From Microthrixaceae bacterium (GTDB taxonomy: Bacteria; Actinomycetota; Acidimicrobiia; Acidimicrobiales; Microtrichaceae): a DNA stretch of 64,000 bases. The translations under genes were made by a program, and so were the position numbers. The stretch covers positions 32,277 to 96,276 of the forward strand of contig JADLFH010000076.1 in NCBI GenBank assembly GCA_020845705.1, written 5' to 3'. Shown here one piece after another: positions 18,187-27,684 of this stretch. Positions within the stretch are counted from its first letter, which is position 1; every line of letters starts with the position of its first letter. Under the pieces are notes generated by a model. That model was not told the DNA's origin. It was given only the letters and a program-made list of their open reading frames with translations, and made no database searches.

Positions 18187-19473
18187 ATGGACTTCCCTCT
18201 CGTCGTCGCTCTCGTGCTCCTCGGCCTGCTCGGAGGGGTCGCCGGTGCATGGCTGGCGCTCCACGCCCGCCCCGAACCAGGACAAGGCCCCACACCAGAG
18301 CTGCTCGACGCGGTTCGTGCCGCGTCGGCTCAGGGTGTCGCCATCCAGGGCGCTCAGCTCAACGAGCAGTTGGTCATGCTCGCGGAGGCCAAGTACGGAG
18401 CACTCCACGAGCGGACCGACACCGTTCTCCAGGGCCACAGCCGTCAGGTGGACGACGGCCTGCGATCACTCGCCGATCGGCTCGCCAAGTTGGAACAGGA
18501 ACGCCAGGCGGCCACCGTCGAGCTCGGCTCCATGGTCCGTTCGCTCGGCGAAGCCAACGAAGCCACACGCAGCGTCGCTGCCGGCGTGGCCAACGCGCTT
18601 CGGAACAACCGGATTCGAGGTGTGTGGGGTGAGGTCCAGCTCCGTCGTGTGCTGGAGCTCGCCGGGATGGAGCGTCACGTCAGCTTCATCGAGCAGCAAC
18701 AGGTCGAAGGCCCCGATGGCCGGGGTCGCCCCGACGTGGTCGTACCGCTCGCCAACGGACGATGCGTCGTGATCGACTCGAAGGTCCCCCTCGACCGCTA
18801 CCTCGACGCGGCCAACACCGAAGACGCCGACCAACAGGCGGAACTGCTGCGGAGTCACGCCAAGGCAGTCGGCTCCCACGTCGCGGCGCTCGCCTCCCGC
18901 GACTACGCGTCGAAGGTCGACGGCTCCATCGATCTGATACTCCTGTTCCTTCCCGCCGACCCCTTTCTGGCCGCAGCGCTCGACGCCGATCCGTCGTTGT
19001 TGGAGTCCGCGGCACGGCGCAACGTGCATCTCGTCACGCCCTCTTCGCTGCTTCCCGTGTTACGCGGAATCGCGCTCGGCTGGCGTGAGCGCCGTGCCGA
19101 CGAACAGGCCGCCGAGATCCACCGACTCGGAGTCGAGCTGCACGAACGATTCGTTGCGTTCGCCAACCACTACGCCAAGGTCGGCGCACAACTCGACAAG
19201 GCGGTCAGGGCCTACAACGACTCGGTGGGTTCCTTCGAGACCCGCGCGGCCGTGTCGGTCCGCAGGATGGCCGAGCTCGGCGTCGACTCCACCAGGGAGC
19301 TACGGGTGGTCGAGCCGATCAACATCGCGGCACGAAGGTTGGCAACGGCCGAAGCACCCGAAGGAGCGGATGCCCTGAACCGAGGCTCAGAAGCGGATGA
19401 ACTTCTGCTCGCCCATACCGAAGCAACCATCGACCGACACGCGCTCGCCGTCGTCGGCCTCGATCCACCCTGA
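18187..19473 (+). CDS. rmuC: DNA recombination protein RmuC
   Basis: N-terminal TM helix, coiled coil, 'NNRIRGVWGEVQLRRVLELAGM' and 'PDVVVPLANGRCVVIDSKVPL' RmuC motifs. Confidence 0.85.
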   Translation: MDFPLVVALVLLGLLGGVAGAWLALHARPEPGQGPTPELLDAVRAASAQGVAIQGAQLNEQLVMLAEAKYGALHERTDTVLQGHSRQVDDGLRSLADRLAKLEQERQAATVELGSMVRSLGEANEATRSVAAGVANALRNNRIRGVWGEVQLRRVLELAGMERHVSFIEQQQVEGPDGRGRPDVVVPLANGRCVVIDSKVPLDRYLDAANTEDADQQAELLRSHAKAVGSHVAALASRDYASKVDGSIDLILLFLPADPFLAAALDADPSLLESAARRNVHLVTPSSLLPVLRGIALGWRERRADEQAAEIHRLGVELHERFVAFANHYAKVGAQLDKAVRAYNDSVGSFETRAAVSVRRMAELGVDSTRELRVVEPINIAARRLATAEAPEGADALNRGSEADELLLAHTEATIDRHALAVVGLDPP

Positions 19474-20454
19474 ACAACGGCCGAAGGGCCCGTAATAGTC
19501 GGCCAGCAAGCCGCGGGGTCCGACATGCTGTTCGTTGCGCACCGTTGGGTCGAAGTCCACCTCGACCCGGCCGTCATGATCCCTCACGTGCCATCGCTCG
19601 TGGACACCATCGGGTCGCTCGAAGCGCACGCCGCCGAGCAGGTGGACTTCGCCGTCGAGGAACAGGGCGTTCTCGTTGAAGGTGTCGTGATCTCGTACCT
19701 GGTTGTCGGTCAGGTTGAACGCGACCCGCCGGCCACCGGGTTCGCGCCGGGCGCCGGTCACCCAGTCGTAGACCATCGGTGAGGGGTAGTGGCCCTTGTG
19801 ATCGTCAAGGACCAGCGTCGAACCACCACGCTCGAATCGGATGTCATCGTCGCCGATCCGAAGCGTGGCCTCGACCTCCATGACGCACTTGTGGCTGTAG
19901 AGGGGCATGTCGCCCGGGAACGGGTGACAGATCACCAGGTTTGCACCGTCTCCGGATTCAGCAGAGCAGAAGCCGTCGATCCGCAAGTCGATCGACGGCG
20001 ACCCGTGATACGCACTCGACATCGCTGTGACCGCCAGGCGACCATCCGCGACATCGTTGGCGATGGCAATCCGCAAGGGACCACCCCGCCCGCTGCTCCG
20101 GGTGCCTCGCAGACCTTGCGCGACCGACAACCTCGCGGAGCGAACCCGACGTTCCCACCGCGTCGCCGTGTTCGTGGTGGTGTCCACCACCACGATCTGG
20201 ACCAGCCCCAGCAACTTGGCGTCGTAGATGGCACCGAGGACGAGGTGCGACTCGCCGAAGAGCTGGAACGCCTGCCATTCCTTGAGCCTCGCGGAGTGCC
20301 ATCTGCGGACAACAGGATTCGGCCAGCGCTCGAGCAGGTTCAGCCGACCCGGTGCAGCGTCGAAGGTGCCCCACACGAACGCGCCGTCCGCAACGAGCGA
20401 GTCGGGCGCCGATCCACGGACTCGCCGAGATCTCGGCGGCTCATGTGAGGTCAC
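19387..20454 (-). CDS. hypothetical protein, tentatively DUF2804-like
   Basis: ORF 19387..20568(-) with start moved to GTG 20454, just past the stop of the upstream gene. Coding-like composition. The DUF2804 assignment is from memory only. Confidence 0.6.
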   Translation of the reverse strand: MTSHEPPRSRRVRGSAPDSLVADGAFVWGTFDAAPGRLNLLERWPNPVVRRWHSARLKEWQAFQLFGESHLVLGAIYDAKLLGLVQIVVVDTTTNTATRWERRVRSARLSVAQGLRGTRSSGRGGPLRIAIANDVADGRLAVTAMSSAYHGSPSIDLRIDGFCSAESGDGANLVICHPFPGDMPLYSHKCVMEVEATLRIGDDDIRFERGGSTLVLDDHKGHYPSPMVYDWVTGARREPGGRRVAFNLTDNQVRDHDTFNENALFLDGEVHLLGGVRFERPDGVHERWHVRDHDGRVEVDFDPTVRNEQHVGPRGLLADYYGPFGRCSGWIEADDGERVSVDGCFGMGEQKFIRF

Positions 20455-20467
20455 GCGGTTGATCTTG

Positions 20468-21427
20468 TCAGGACGTGAACTGAAGGGTGACGTTGCGGAG
20501 ATCGACGTACTTCGGGCTGGTCTCGGTGAAGTCGACCTGGTCTTCTTCACCGATGTAGACATCGACATGCGCCGGGCCGCCGAGTCCGGGCGTGAACTCG
20601 TCGTTCACCAACCACTCACCTGCCAATAGCTGTGACGCGAACCTGGCATCGAGTGGATCACCGTTGTCCTGCAGAAGCGGGGCGATCAACCTGAACTTCT
20701 GACCGCGCCTTGCAACAGAGGTGTCACAAGCCGCTGTCACCAGCGGAACCAACGCGTTGCCATAGGAATCCGACGCGATCGAGTCGAGCCAGTACCCCAC
20801 GTCGAAGGACCAGTTGAGATAGCGGCCGACATGAACCCCGGAGGTGATCCGCCCCGTCCCCTCCGCCCTCACCGCTTCCACGAACGAACGCGGATAGGTA
20901 CCGAGATCGGCATCGCCGAACTCACACTCCCGCACCATGCAGCCTCGAACCTCGTCGGTGGGCCCGCTGTGGAACGACTCCACCGCTGTGTAGTACACGG
21001 TTACCTCGATCCCGGTCCGAACAGCTCCTGTTGACGGTTCGGTCGGCACCGTGGTCGTAGGCCGCGTGGTTGGCACCGGAGGCCGCGTGGTTGGCACCGG
21101 AGGCCGCGTGGTCGGCAGGGCGCTCGAGGGTGGTTCGGTTGTCATCGTGGTCGCCCGAGGTTGAGTGGTGGGAACCACCGTCGTGGGCTTGGTGGTCAGT
21201 ACTCGGGTGGCCGCATGAGACGGCCGACCCAACGGCACGGAAGTGGAACTCGGTGGCAACCACATGGGCTTGGGCCGCCACCAAGTCGGCTTGGCGGTCC
21301 AGAAGTTCGACCGGGCCGCCGGCGTGCATCCTCCCACCAGTAGGGATACGGCGAGCAACGCCACCAACGCGCCCACTCGCCGTCGCGTTGGTGAAGCCAC
21401 GCCCGCTCGGGTGACATCTAGCCCCAC
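20468..21427 (-). CDS. lipoprotein with Pro/Thr-rich linker and C-terminal 3D/DPBB-like (MltA/RlpA-type) domain
   Basis: Lipobox 'LLVGGC', linker 'TTRPPVPTTRPPVPTTRPTTT' and C-terminal 'VTAACDTSVARRGQKFRL...AHVDVYIGEE', which resembles 3D-domain proteins. Confidence 0.7.
   Translation of the reverse strand: MGLDVTRAGVASPTRRRVGALVALLAVSLLVGGCTPAARSNFWTAKPTWWRPKPMWLPPSSTSVPLGRPSHAATRVLTTKPTTVVPTTQPRATTMTTEPPSSALPTTRPPVPTTRPPVPTTRPTTTVPTEPSTGAVRTGIEVTVYYTAVESFHSGPTDEVRGCMVRECEFGDADLGTYPRSFVEAVRAEGTGRITSGVHVGRYLNWSFDVGYWLDSIASDSYGNALVPLVTAACDTSVARRGQKFRLIAPLLQDNGDPLDARFASQLLAGEWLVNDEFTPGLGGPAHVDVYIGEEDQVDFTETSPKYVDLRNVTLQFTS
21060..21115. repeat. 21-bp in-frame tandem repeat (about 2.7 copies) encoding TTRPPVP units
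   Basis: GGCCGCGTGGTTGGCACCGGA occurs twice plus a partial copy, inside the lipoprotein gene 20468..21427. Confidence 0.85.
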
Positions 21428-21456
21428 GCCACCCCTTCGGCAGCGTTCTTATCTCG

Positions 21457-22782
21457 GTGTCGGTGCTGACCGTGTCCTACAGCTTGTTTCTCTTCGCATA
21501 CGGGTCCCGCCGCGAAGTCGACGTGCGTGACAGGCCCCCGAGGATGAGATTCGTCGTGATGATCCCTTGTCTGGACGAGGAACTGGTTATCGGCCGATCC
21601 ATCGAACGACTCCTCTCCATTGACGACGACCAGCTCATCGTTCTTGTGATCGATGACGGGTCGACCGACAGAACCGCGGAAATCGTGAACGCCTCTACCG
21701 ACCCCCGCGTTCGGCTCTTCCAGCGGGTCGCCCCCAACTGCCGGCAGGGCAAAGGCGAAGCACTAAACGCCGCGTACCGCTACGTCCGCGACCAGGCACT
21801 CATGACTGGGCTTGATCCGCACGAAGTGGTGCTCGTCGTGCTCGACGCCGACGGTCGACTCGATCCGGAGGGTATCAACAAGGTTGCACCGTGCTTCAGC
21901 TCCCCAGAGGTGGGCGCGGTCCAGATCAAGGTCCGCATCCACAATGCGCCCGACGCAACGACGGCTCGCATGCAGGACTACGAGTTCGCGACCTTCACCG
22001 AGGTGTTCCAGCGCGCCCGGGCCCGGCTGGGATCGAGCGGGCTGGGTGGTAACGGTCAGTTCAACCGACTCTCCGCGTTGATGGACCTGGGAGACTCTCC
22101 CTGGAGCGACTGTCTGACAGAGGATCTGGAGCTGGGCATAAACCTGCTTCTTCACGGTCACCGCAACACATTCCAGCCGTCAGCCTGGGTCAGCCAGCAA
22201 GGTCTCACGAAGATGCGACCGCTGATCCGACAACGATCACGATGGTTCCAGGGCCACCTTCAGTGCCTGAGGCTGCTGCCATCGATCATGCGATCGAACC
22301 TGCATCCTGTCGCCAAGTTCGACCTGTGCTTCCACTTGCTCAACTCGATCGTGATGCTCATGTTCCAGAGCCTCTCCATCTGGTTCGTCCTCACCGTCCT
22401 GTCGTGGACGATTGCCTCGCCCGAAGCGCTCTCCGTGTTCCTCAGCGGCCTCACCCCGGCGTTCCTGTATTTCGTTGCATTCGGGCTCGCTCCACTCGCG
22501 ACCTTCGCCTACCTGCGCACAGAACCAGGGATATCGATACCCCGGGCGATGCTCGACGGGCATCTCTACATCCTCTACACGTACATCTGGTGGTTCGCCG
22601 GAGTTCGCGCCGTATACCGCCAACTTCGCGGTTCCCGCTCCTGGGCCAAGACCAGCCGCATCCTCGGCACCGGCGATGAGGCTGTGCCGTACTTCGACCC
22701 GAGACCACCTGCCCCTGTGTTCTACGTGGTTCCAGATTCTCCGACTGAATCCATCGCGCCCCTCGAACGGATTGCGAGCTGA
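21457..22782 (+). CDS. family 2 glycosyltransferase, processive membrane synthase type (PgaC/cellulose-synthase-like)
   Basis: 'VVMIPCLDEE...VIDDGSTDRT', 'VLDADG' and 'QRSRWFQG' (QxxRW), followed by about 4 C-terminal TM helices. GTG 21457 is uncertain. Confidence 0.85.
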   Translation: MSVLTVSYSLFLFAYGSRREVDVRDRPPRMRFVVMIPCLDEELVIGRSIERLLSIDDDQLIVLVIDDGSTDRTAEIVNASTDPRVRLFQRVAPNCRQGKGEALNAAYRYVRDQALMTGLDPHEVVLVVLDADGRLDPEGINKVAPCFSSPEVGAVQIKVRIHNAPDATTARMQDYEFATFTEVFQRARARLGSSGLGGNGQFNRLSALMDLGDSPWSDCLTEDLELGINLLLHGHRNTFQPSAWVSQQGLTKMRPLIRQRSRWFQGHLQCLRLLPSIMRSNLHPVAKFDLCFHLLNSIVMLMFQSLSIWFVLTVLSWTIASPEALSVFLSGLTPAFLYFVAFGLAPLATFAYLRTEPGISIPRAMLDGHLYILYTYIWWFAGVRAVYRQLRGSRSWAKTSRILGTGDEAVPYFDPRPPAPVFYVVPDSPTESIAPLERIAS

Positions 22783-22851
22783 TCGATGACAAGACCAACA
22801 CCCCAAGAGACCCAGATCCGTTCTCGAAAGAGAGCCAGACAGGAGATCCAG

Positions 22852-24417
22852 ATGAAGCGCTTCAGAACGTGGCTGATCCTGGCCGTGGTACTGGGGGTCC
22901 TCAGCACGGGGTCGGGGGCTCTCGGAGTCACCCCGGCGTCAGCTGCGCCCGCTCCGAGCGTCACGGCCCTCGTGCTGTACGACACCACGGGACCATGGGG
23001 TCACCTGGGCGAGATGTACGCCGCGCTGACCGCCAACCTGGTCGGCCACTTCGGCAAGGCGACGACCAAGGCGGTTTCCAGCTACACCGCAGGAGACATC
23101 GAGAAGTACACGGCAACGATCTACATCGGGTCGACCTACGACGAGCCGATGCCGGCCGCGTTCCTGGCCGACAGTCTCGCCACGACGAAGCCGATCGTGT
23201 GGATCTACAGCAACATCTGGCAGCTCACAGCCACATCACCGACCTTCCTGGCCGATGAGGGCTGGATGTGGGCCTCATACGACACGAGCACCGTGTCCAC
23301 GGTTCGCTACAAGGGCGTCGACCTGCGGCGCTCCACGCTCAACCTCGGCGGCATCATGTCGTACTACTCCATTGACCCGCAGAAGGTCAGCGTGTTGGCC
23401 GAGGCCGTGCGAGCAGACGGAACCACGTTCCCATGGGCAATCCGCAGCGGCAACTTCACCTACGTCGGTGAGAACCCTTACTCCTACATGAGCGAACAGG
23501 ACCGCTACCTGGCCTGGTCCGACATCCTCTTCGACGTGTTCGCGCCACAGACCACCGAGCGCCATCGGGCGATGATCCGCATCGAGGACGTCGGACCAAC
23601 TTCGGATCCGACGGAGCTGCGTGCCATCGCCGACTACCTGTCGAGCAAGCACGTCCCATTCTCGGTTGCGACCTATTCGGTCTACCGGGACCCCAACGGC
23701 GTCCACACAAACGGCCAACCGCAGACGGTCACGCTGGCTCAGCGACCCCAGCTGGTTGCGGCCCTGAAGTACATGCAGAGCAAGGGAGGGATCATCATCC
23801 AACACGGCCGTACGCATCAGTACAGCAACATCAAGAACCCGTACAACGGGGTGAGTGGCGACGACTTCGAGTTCTACCGGGCACACTTCGACGCCAACGA
23901 CTACATCGTCTACGACGGCCCGGTCGCCGTGAACTCCTATCTCCGGGCGACCACCCTCATCACCCTTGGCCGCCTCGACTTCGCCAGGAACGGGCTTTCC
24001 GTGCAGAAGATCTGGGAGTTCCCACACTACGCGGCCGGCGTTCAGGACTATGCAGCGGTCAACACCCTGGTGGGCAAGGGTTACGACCGTCGCCTCTACT
24101 TCCCCGGGGTCCTGACAAAGAAGAAGATCGACTACACGCGGCCGATCGGCCAGTTCTTCCCATACGACGTTGTAGACGTCTACGGCACCAAGGTCTACCC
24201 GGAGAATGCCGGCAACTACGAGCCCGAGGCGGCGAACCACCACCCGGCGGTCCTCGTCCCCGAGCTGGTCGAACGGGCAAGGACCAACCTGGTGGTTCGA
24301 GACGGCTTCGCCAGCTACTTCTACCACCCGTACTACGGGCTGGAACCCCTCCAACAGCTCATCGAGGGAGTCAACGCGATCGGCGCGTACACCTGGGTGA
24401 GCCCAACCTCGTTCTGA
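22852..24417 (+). CDS. secreted DUF2334/polysaccharide-deacetylase-like protein
   Basis: ATG 22852 is preceded by AGGAGA. Signal peptide 'MKRFRTWLILAVVLGVLSTGSGALGVTPASA'. The core 'MIRIEDVGPTSDP...HVPFSVATYSVY' resembles DUF2334. Confidence 0.75.
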   Translation: MKRFRTWLILAVVLGVLSTGSGALGVTPASAAPAPSVTALVLYDTTGPWGHLGEMYAALTANLVGHFGKATTKAVSSYTAGDIEKYTATIYIGSTYDEPMPAAFLADSLATTKPIVWIYSNIWQLTATSPTFLADEGWMWASYDTSTVSTVRYKGVDLRRSTLNLGGIMSYYSIDPQKVSVLAEAVRADGTTFPWAIRSGNFTYVGENPYSYMSEQDRYLAWSDILFDVFAPQTTERHRAMIRIEDVGPTSDPTELRAIADYLSSKHVPFSVATYSVYRDPNGVHTNGQPQTVTLAQRPQLVAALKYMQSKGGIIIQHGRTHQYSNIKNPYNGVSGDDFEFYRAHFDANDYIVYDGPVAVNSYLRATTLITLGRLDFARNGLSVQKIWEFPHYAAGVQDYAAVNTLVGKGYDRRLYFPGVLTKKKIDYTRPIGQFFPYDVVDVYGTKVYPENAGNYEPEAANHHPAVLVPELVERARTNLVVRDGFASYFYHPYYGLEPLQQLIEGVNAIGAYTWVSPTSF

Positions 24418-24459
24418 GTCGGTCGACCACCGATTCCAACCGAGAAGGAAGACGAATAG

Positions 24460-25587
24460 ATGCGGGTACTTTCCGTCTTCGGCACGCGCCCCGAAGCCAT
24501 CAAGATGGCGCCGGTAGTCAAAGCACTCGAGCAATCAGTTGGCGTCACGTCAGCGGTCTGTGTCACCGGTCAACACAGGTCCATGCTCGACCAGGTCTTG
24601 GCGCTGTTCGAAATAGCTCCCGACGTGGACCTCGATCTGATGTCCGTCGGCCAATCTCCGACCGAGGTGTTGAGCCGGGTACTCGAGGGTATACGCCCGG
24701 TCCTCAGTTCGTTCGATCCCGACGTGGTGTTGGTCCAGGGTGACACCACCACCGCGATGGCGGCCGCACTCGGCGCTGCCTACCACGGTGCAGTGGTGGG
24801 CCACGTCGAGGCCGGACTGCGGACGTGGAACAAGCGCCAACCCTTCCCAGAAGAGCTGAACCGCCTCGTCGTGGCGAGCTGTGCCGACCACCACTTCGCT
24901 CCCACCGCTGGGGCTGCCGCCAACCTGCTGCGCGAGGGCCACGATGCGATGTCGGTGTCCATTACAGGCAACACAGTCATCGATGCGCTCCTTCATGTGG
25001 CCGACCTGACACTCGATCTGGACTCCAGCGACCCCCTTGCCCGACTCGACGAACGCGACATCGTCTTGGTAACCGCTCATCGACGGGAGAACTTCGGGGC
25101 CCCCTTCGAGGAGGCTTTCGGCGCCCTGGCGGAGCTTGCCGAGACCTTCGACGACGAGATCCAACTGGTCTATCCGGTGCACCCGAACCCGTCGGTATCC
25201 GCGATGGCACACCGCTTCTTCGATGCGGTCGACAATGTGACGCTGACAGAACCGCTCGACTACCGACGATTGGTCCACGTCATGCAGCGAAGCCGGCTGG
25301 TCATCACCGATTCCGGCGGAATCCAGGAGGAGGCACCGTCGTTGGGCAAGCCCGTGCTGGTGCTCCGCGAGGTCACCGAGCGCCCCGAGGCAGTCGAGGC
25401 CGGCACAGTGAAACTGGTCGGCTGCAACCGGCACGTGATCCTGACCGAAGCGACCCGACTGCTCACCGACGATTTGGAATATGCCGACATGGCACACCGC
25501 GTGAACCCCTACGGAGACGGCAAGGCATCCGACCGAATCGTCGCTGCACTGACCGGCTCGCCCATAGCCGATTTCCAAGCCGCATAG
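24460..25587 (+). CDS. wecB: UDP-N-acetylglucosamine 2-epimerase (non-hydrolysing)
   Basis: 'MRVLSVFGTRPEAIKMAPV', 'VLVQGDTTT' and 'HVEAGLRT' follow WecB/MnaA motifs. Confidence 0.92.
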   Translation: MRVLSVFGTRPEAIKMAPVVKALEQSVGVTSAVCVTGQHRSMLDQVLALFEIAPDVDLDLMSVGQSPTEVLSRVLEGIRPVLSSFDPDVVLVQGDTTTAMAAALGAAYHGAVVGHVEAGLRTWNKRQPFPEELNRLVVASCADHHFAPTAGAAANLLREGHDAMSVSITGNTVIDALLHVADLTLDLDSSDPLARLDERDIVLVTAHRRENFGAPFEEAFGALAELAETFDDEIQLVYPVHPNPSVSAMAHRFFDAVDNVTLTEPLDYRRLVHVMQRSRLVITDSGGIQEEAPSLGKPVLVLREVTERPEAVEAGTVKLVGCNRHVILTEATRLLTDDLEYADMAHRVNPYGDGKASDRIVAALTGSPIADFQAA

Positions 25588-25864
25588 TGGGGTGGCGCGG
25601 ATCGTTCCACCGGCAACGGTTGTCAGGCGACCTTGAGGCGGTTCTCGAGCTCGATGATCCGTGGGTCGTGGTGGTCACGGTTGCGTCGGCGGATGTAGAC
25701 CGCCCGCCCCCGGTAGGAGGGCGCAGCGACTCCATGCCATCAGAATCGAACTCGACGATCACCCGCCACACCTGGTTCCCATCGGTCTGCAACACCGGAG
25801 CGATCTCAGGCGCCGACTACCTCGACTCCGGCGCCAAGTCCAGCGCCACCCCACTGGCAGCGAC

Positions 25865-27001
25865 CTAGTCGCCGCCGCCCAGCGTGGCGGCCTGGATCGC
25901 AAAGGCGGAATCAAGGCCCGCCCAGAGAGGATTACCTTCATGAGGTACAACGTCCTGGTAGGCGTACCACCAGAAGTACCCGCCCTCGTAGTTCGGAGTG
26001 GCGATCGACAGCGAGTGGTACCGAGTCATCATCGCCACCTTCGCCTCGTCGGTGCTGTACCGCGCGTTACGCACGTTTCCGGGTCCCGCCCACCGATCGT
26101 TGCTGTAGCCGATTTCCCCAAAACCCAGTCGACTCGCCGGAAACATTCCACCGAGGTGGTCGAAGATCTGCTGCCAGTGCGACAGCGGGAAGACTGCTCC
26201 TGTGCAGTTGTCTTCGTAGTAGGAGATCCAGGCGTGGGTGACCCCTGCCTTCACCCTCGCGGAGATGTTCCTCGACAGCCATCCGAACATCTCGTTCTCT
26301 GCCCATTCGTTGCAATCCGGCATGTACATCGCGGTGAGAGCCGTGGGCCGATGTGCCGCTGTGAAGCGATCGAAGAGCGCATCCACCTTGGCCGTGGTGG
26401 CGGCCGGCCGAGCGTTCGCCCGTACCGGATAGCCCTCGTCAGCCCATTCGCCGTTGATCTCGTTGGCGATCTCCCAGATGTCGACAAGGTCTCCAAGCGA
26501 AGCGAGATACGAGCCGGCCCTCGCATTCACCTCGGCAAGACTCGCTCCTGCCAAAGCCGTTGAGTCGTACAGGAGTCCGACGATATCCGCATAAGGTTCG
26601 AGCGCGACGAGAGCGGGCCTGTAGTACGACGCGGCCGTCTCCTCCTGAAACACGACCCGCACCGTGGGCCGTTGCCGGAACGAACGAACCGCGCGAACCA
26701 ACGCCACCGTGTCCACGTCCTCGACGGTCAGCCCGAATACCGGCTCCACGGCCAAAGGTGAGGCGGGGGCGGTCGTCGTGGTCGGAGCAGTGGTGGTTGT
26801 CACAGGCGTTGTGTTTCCTCGTCGGCATCGACGGAGGCCGGGAGCTGAGCCCCCCCGGACACGACATTTTGGACCGGTCGCGCGCGCGGCGCCGGATGTC
26901 TCGATGGTTGGCGAGGGGCCAGGCGATACCGAGCATGCCACCAAGGCGAGGCCAACGATGAGACAGATCACCAAACGGGGTGTAGTGGGACTGAGGTTCA
27001 T
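25865..27001 (-). CDS. lipoprotein, putative clan GH-A glycoside hydrolase
   Basis: Lipobox 'LALVACS' and linker 'TTTTAPTTTTAP'. 'DIWEIANEINGEW' is an NE acid/base-type motif and 'GFGEIGYS', about 110 aa later, is nucleophile-like. Start set at ATG 27001. Confidence 0.65.
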   Translation of the reverse strand: MNLSPTTPRLVICLIVGLALVACSVSPGPSPTIETSGAARATGPKCRVRGGSAPGLRRCRRGNTTPVTTTTAPTTTTAPASPLAVEPVFGLTVEDVDTVALVRAVRSFRQRPTVRVVFQEETAASYYRPALVALEPYADIVGLLYDSTALAGASLAEVNARAGSYLASLGDLVDIWEIANEINGEWADEGYPVRANARPAATTAKVDALFDRFTAAHRPTALTAMYMPDCNEWAENEMFGWLSRNISARVKAGVTHAWISYYEDNCTGAVFPLSHWQQIFDHLGGMFPASRLGFGEIGYSNDRWAGPGNVRNARYSTDEAKVAMMTRYHSLSIATPNYEGGYFWWYAYQDVVPHEGNPLWAGLDSAFAIQAATLGGGD

Positions 27002-27165
27002 CGGCCACGCCTCCTCGGCAGGGATCCAGGCAGTCCGCAGGGCACTACCCACAGCCGCTGAGCTGTTGCCCGCCGGCTACCGCTCCCCTACGTTTCGGAA
27101 GGTCCGCGGCGGAAACTTGAGCGGGTTGGAACCGGGCATGCACCGGACGTAGCGGAAAGAGATAG

Positions 27166-27624
27166 ATGGCTCGAAGTCCAACGACCCGTATTCGTCGGCT
27201 CGTGCTTCCCGCCCTGGTCACGGCCGTCGCCGTTGCCACCGCGTGCGGCGGCGCGGAGGGGACCCGCCAGGAAGATCCAGCGTCAACGCCCACAACCGAG
27301 GCTGCATCCGCGCCGTCGGCAGGCGGACCTCTTCCCTCGTGCGAGATCTACCCACAGGCGTCCGAACTGCTTTCCGATCCGTCCATCCAGATCGAGGCGG
27401 CTTTCAGCATCACCCAGGGGGACATCATCTTCGTGGCGATGCAGGTTGCCGATGGCAACGACTCACCGGTCGTCCTGGCGAGACTCGCGAATGGAACCTG
27501 GGAGGCCCTCGATGCTCGATCATCCGCGGCATCGGGCCGAGCCGAGGCGGCGGGTGAGGACCCCGGAGCATCGATGGGAAGCCTCGGAGCGCAAAAAGCT
27601 GTGAGTTGCCTGTCGACCCGATGA
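27166..27624 (+). CDS. hypothetical lipoprotein
   Basis: Signal/lipobox 'LVTAVAVATACGG', RBS-like GGAAAGAGA upstream, 152 aa. Confidence 0.6.
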   Translation: MARSPTTRIRRLVLPALVTAVAVATACGGAEGTRQEDPASTPTTEAASAPSAGGPLPSCEIYPQASELLSDPSIQIEAAFSITQGDIIFVAMQVADGNDSPVVLARLANGTWEALDARSSAASGRAEAAGEDPGASMGSLGAQKAVSCLSTR

Positions 27625-27684
27625 GATCCGGGCGCGCAGAGCTTGCGAACCGACGCGCCGAGGGGATGTAGCTGCTTCTACGAG

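Noticed and set aside
23275-25578. Two long minus-strand ORFs, 23275..24534 (419 aa) and 24550..25578 (342 aa).
   Set aside because: They are antisense to the DUF2334-like and wecB genes, both of which have strong plus-strand evidence. They are shadow ORFs.
27641-27660. A possible degenerate att remnant (TTGCGAACCGACGCG) resembling the tRNA-Arg segment TTCGAACCTGCGACGC.
   Set aside because: The match needs indels and covers only about 11 nt of GC-rich sequence, so it could easily be chance. It was not used to define the island border.
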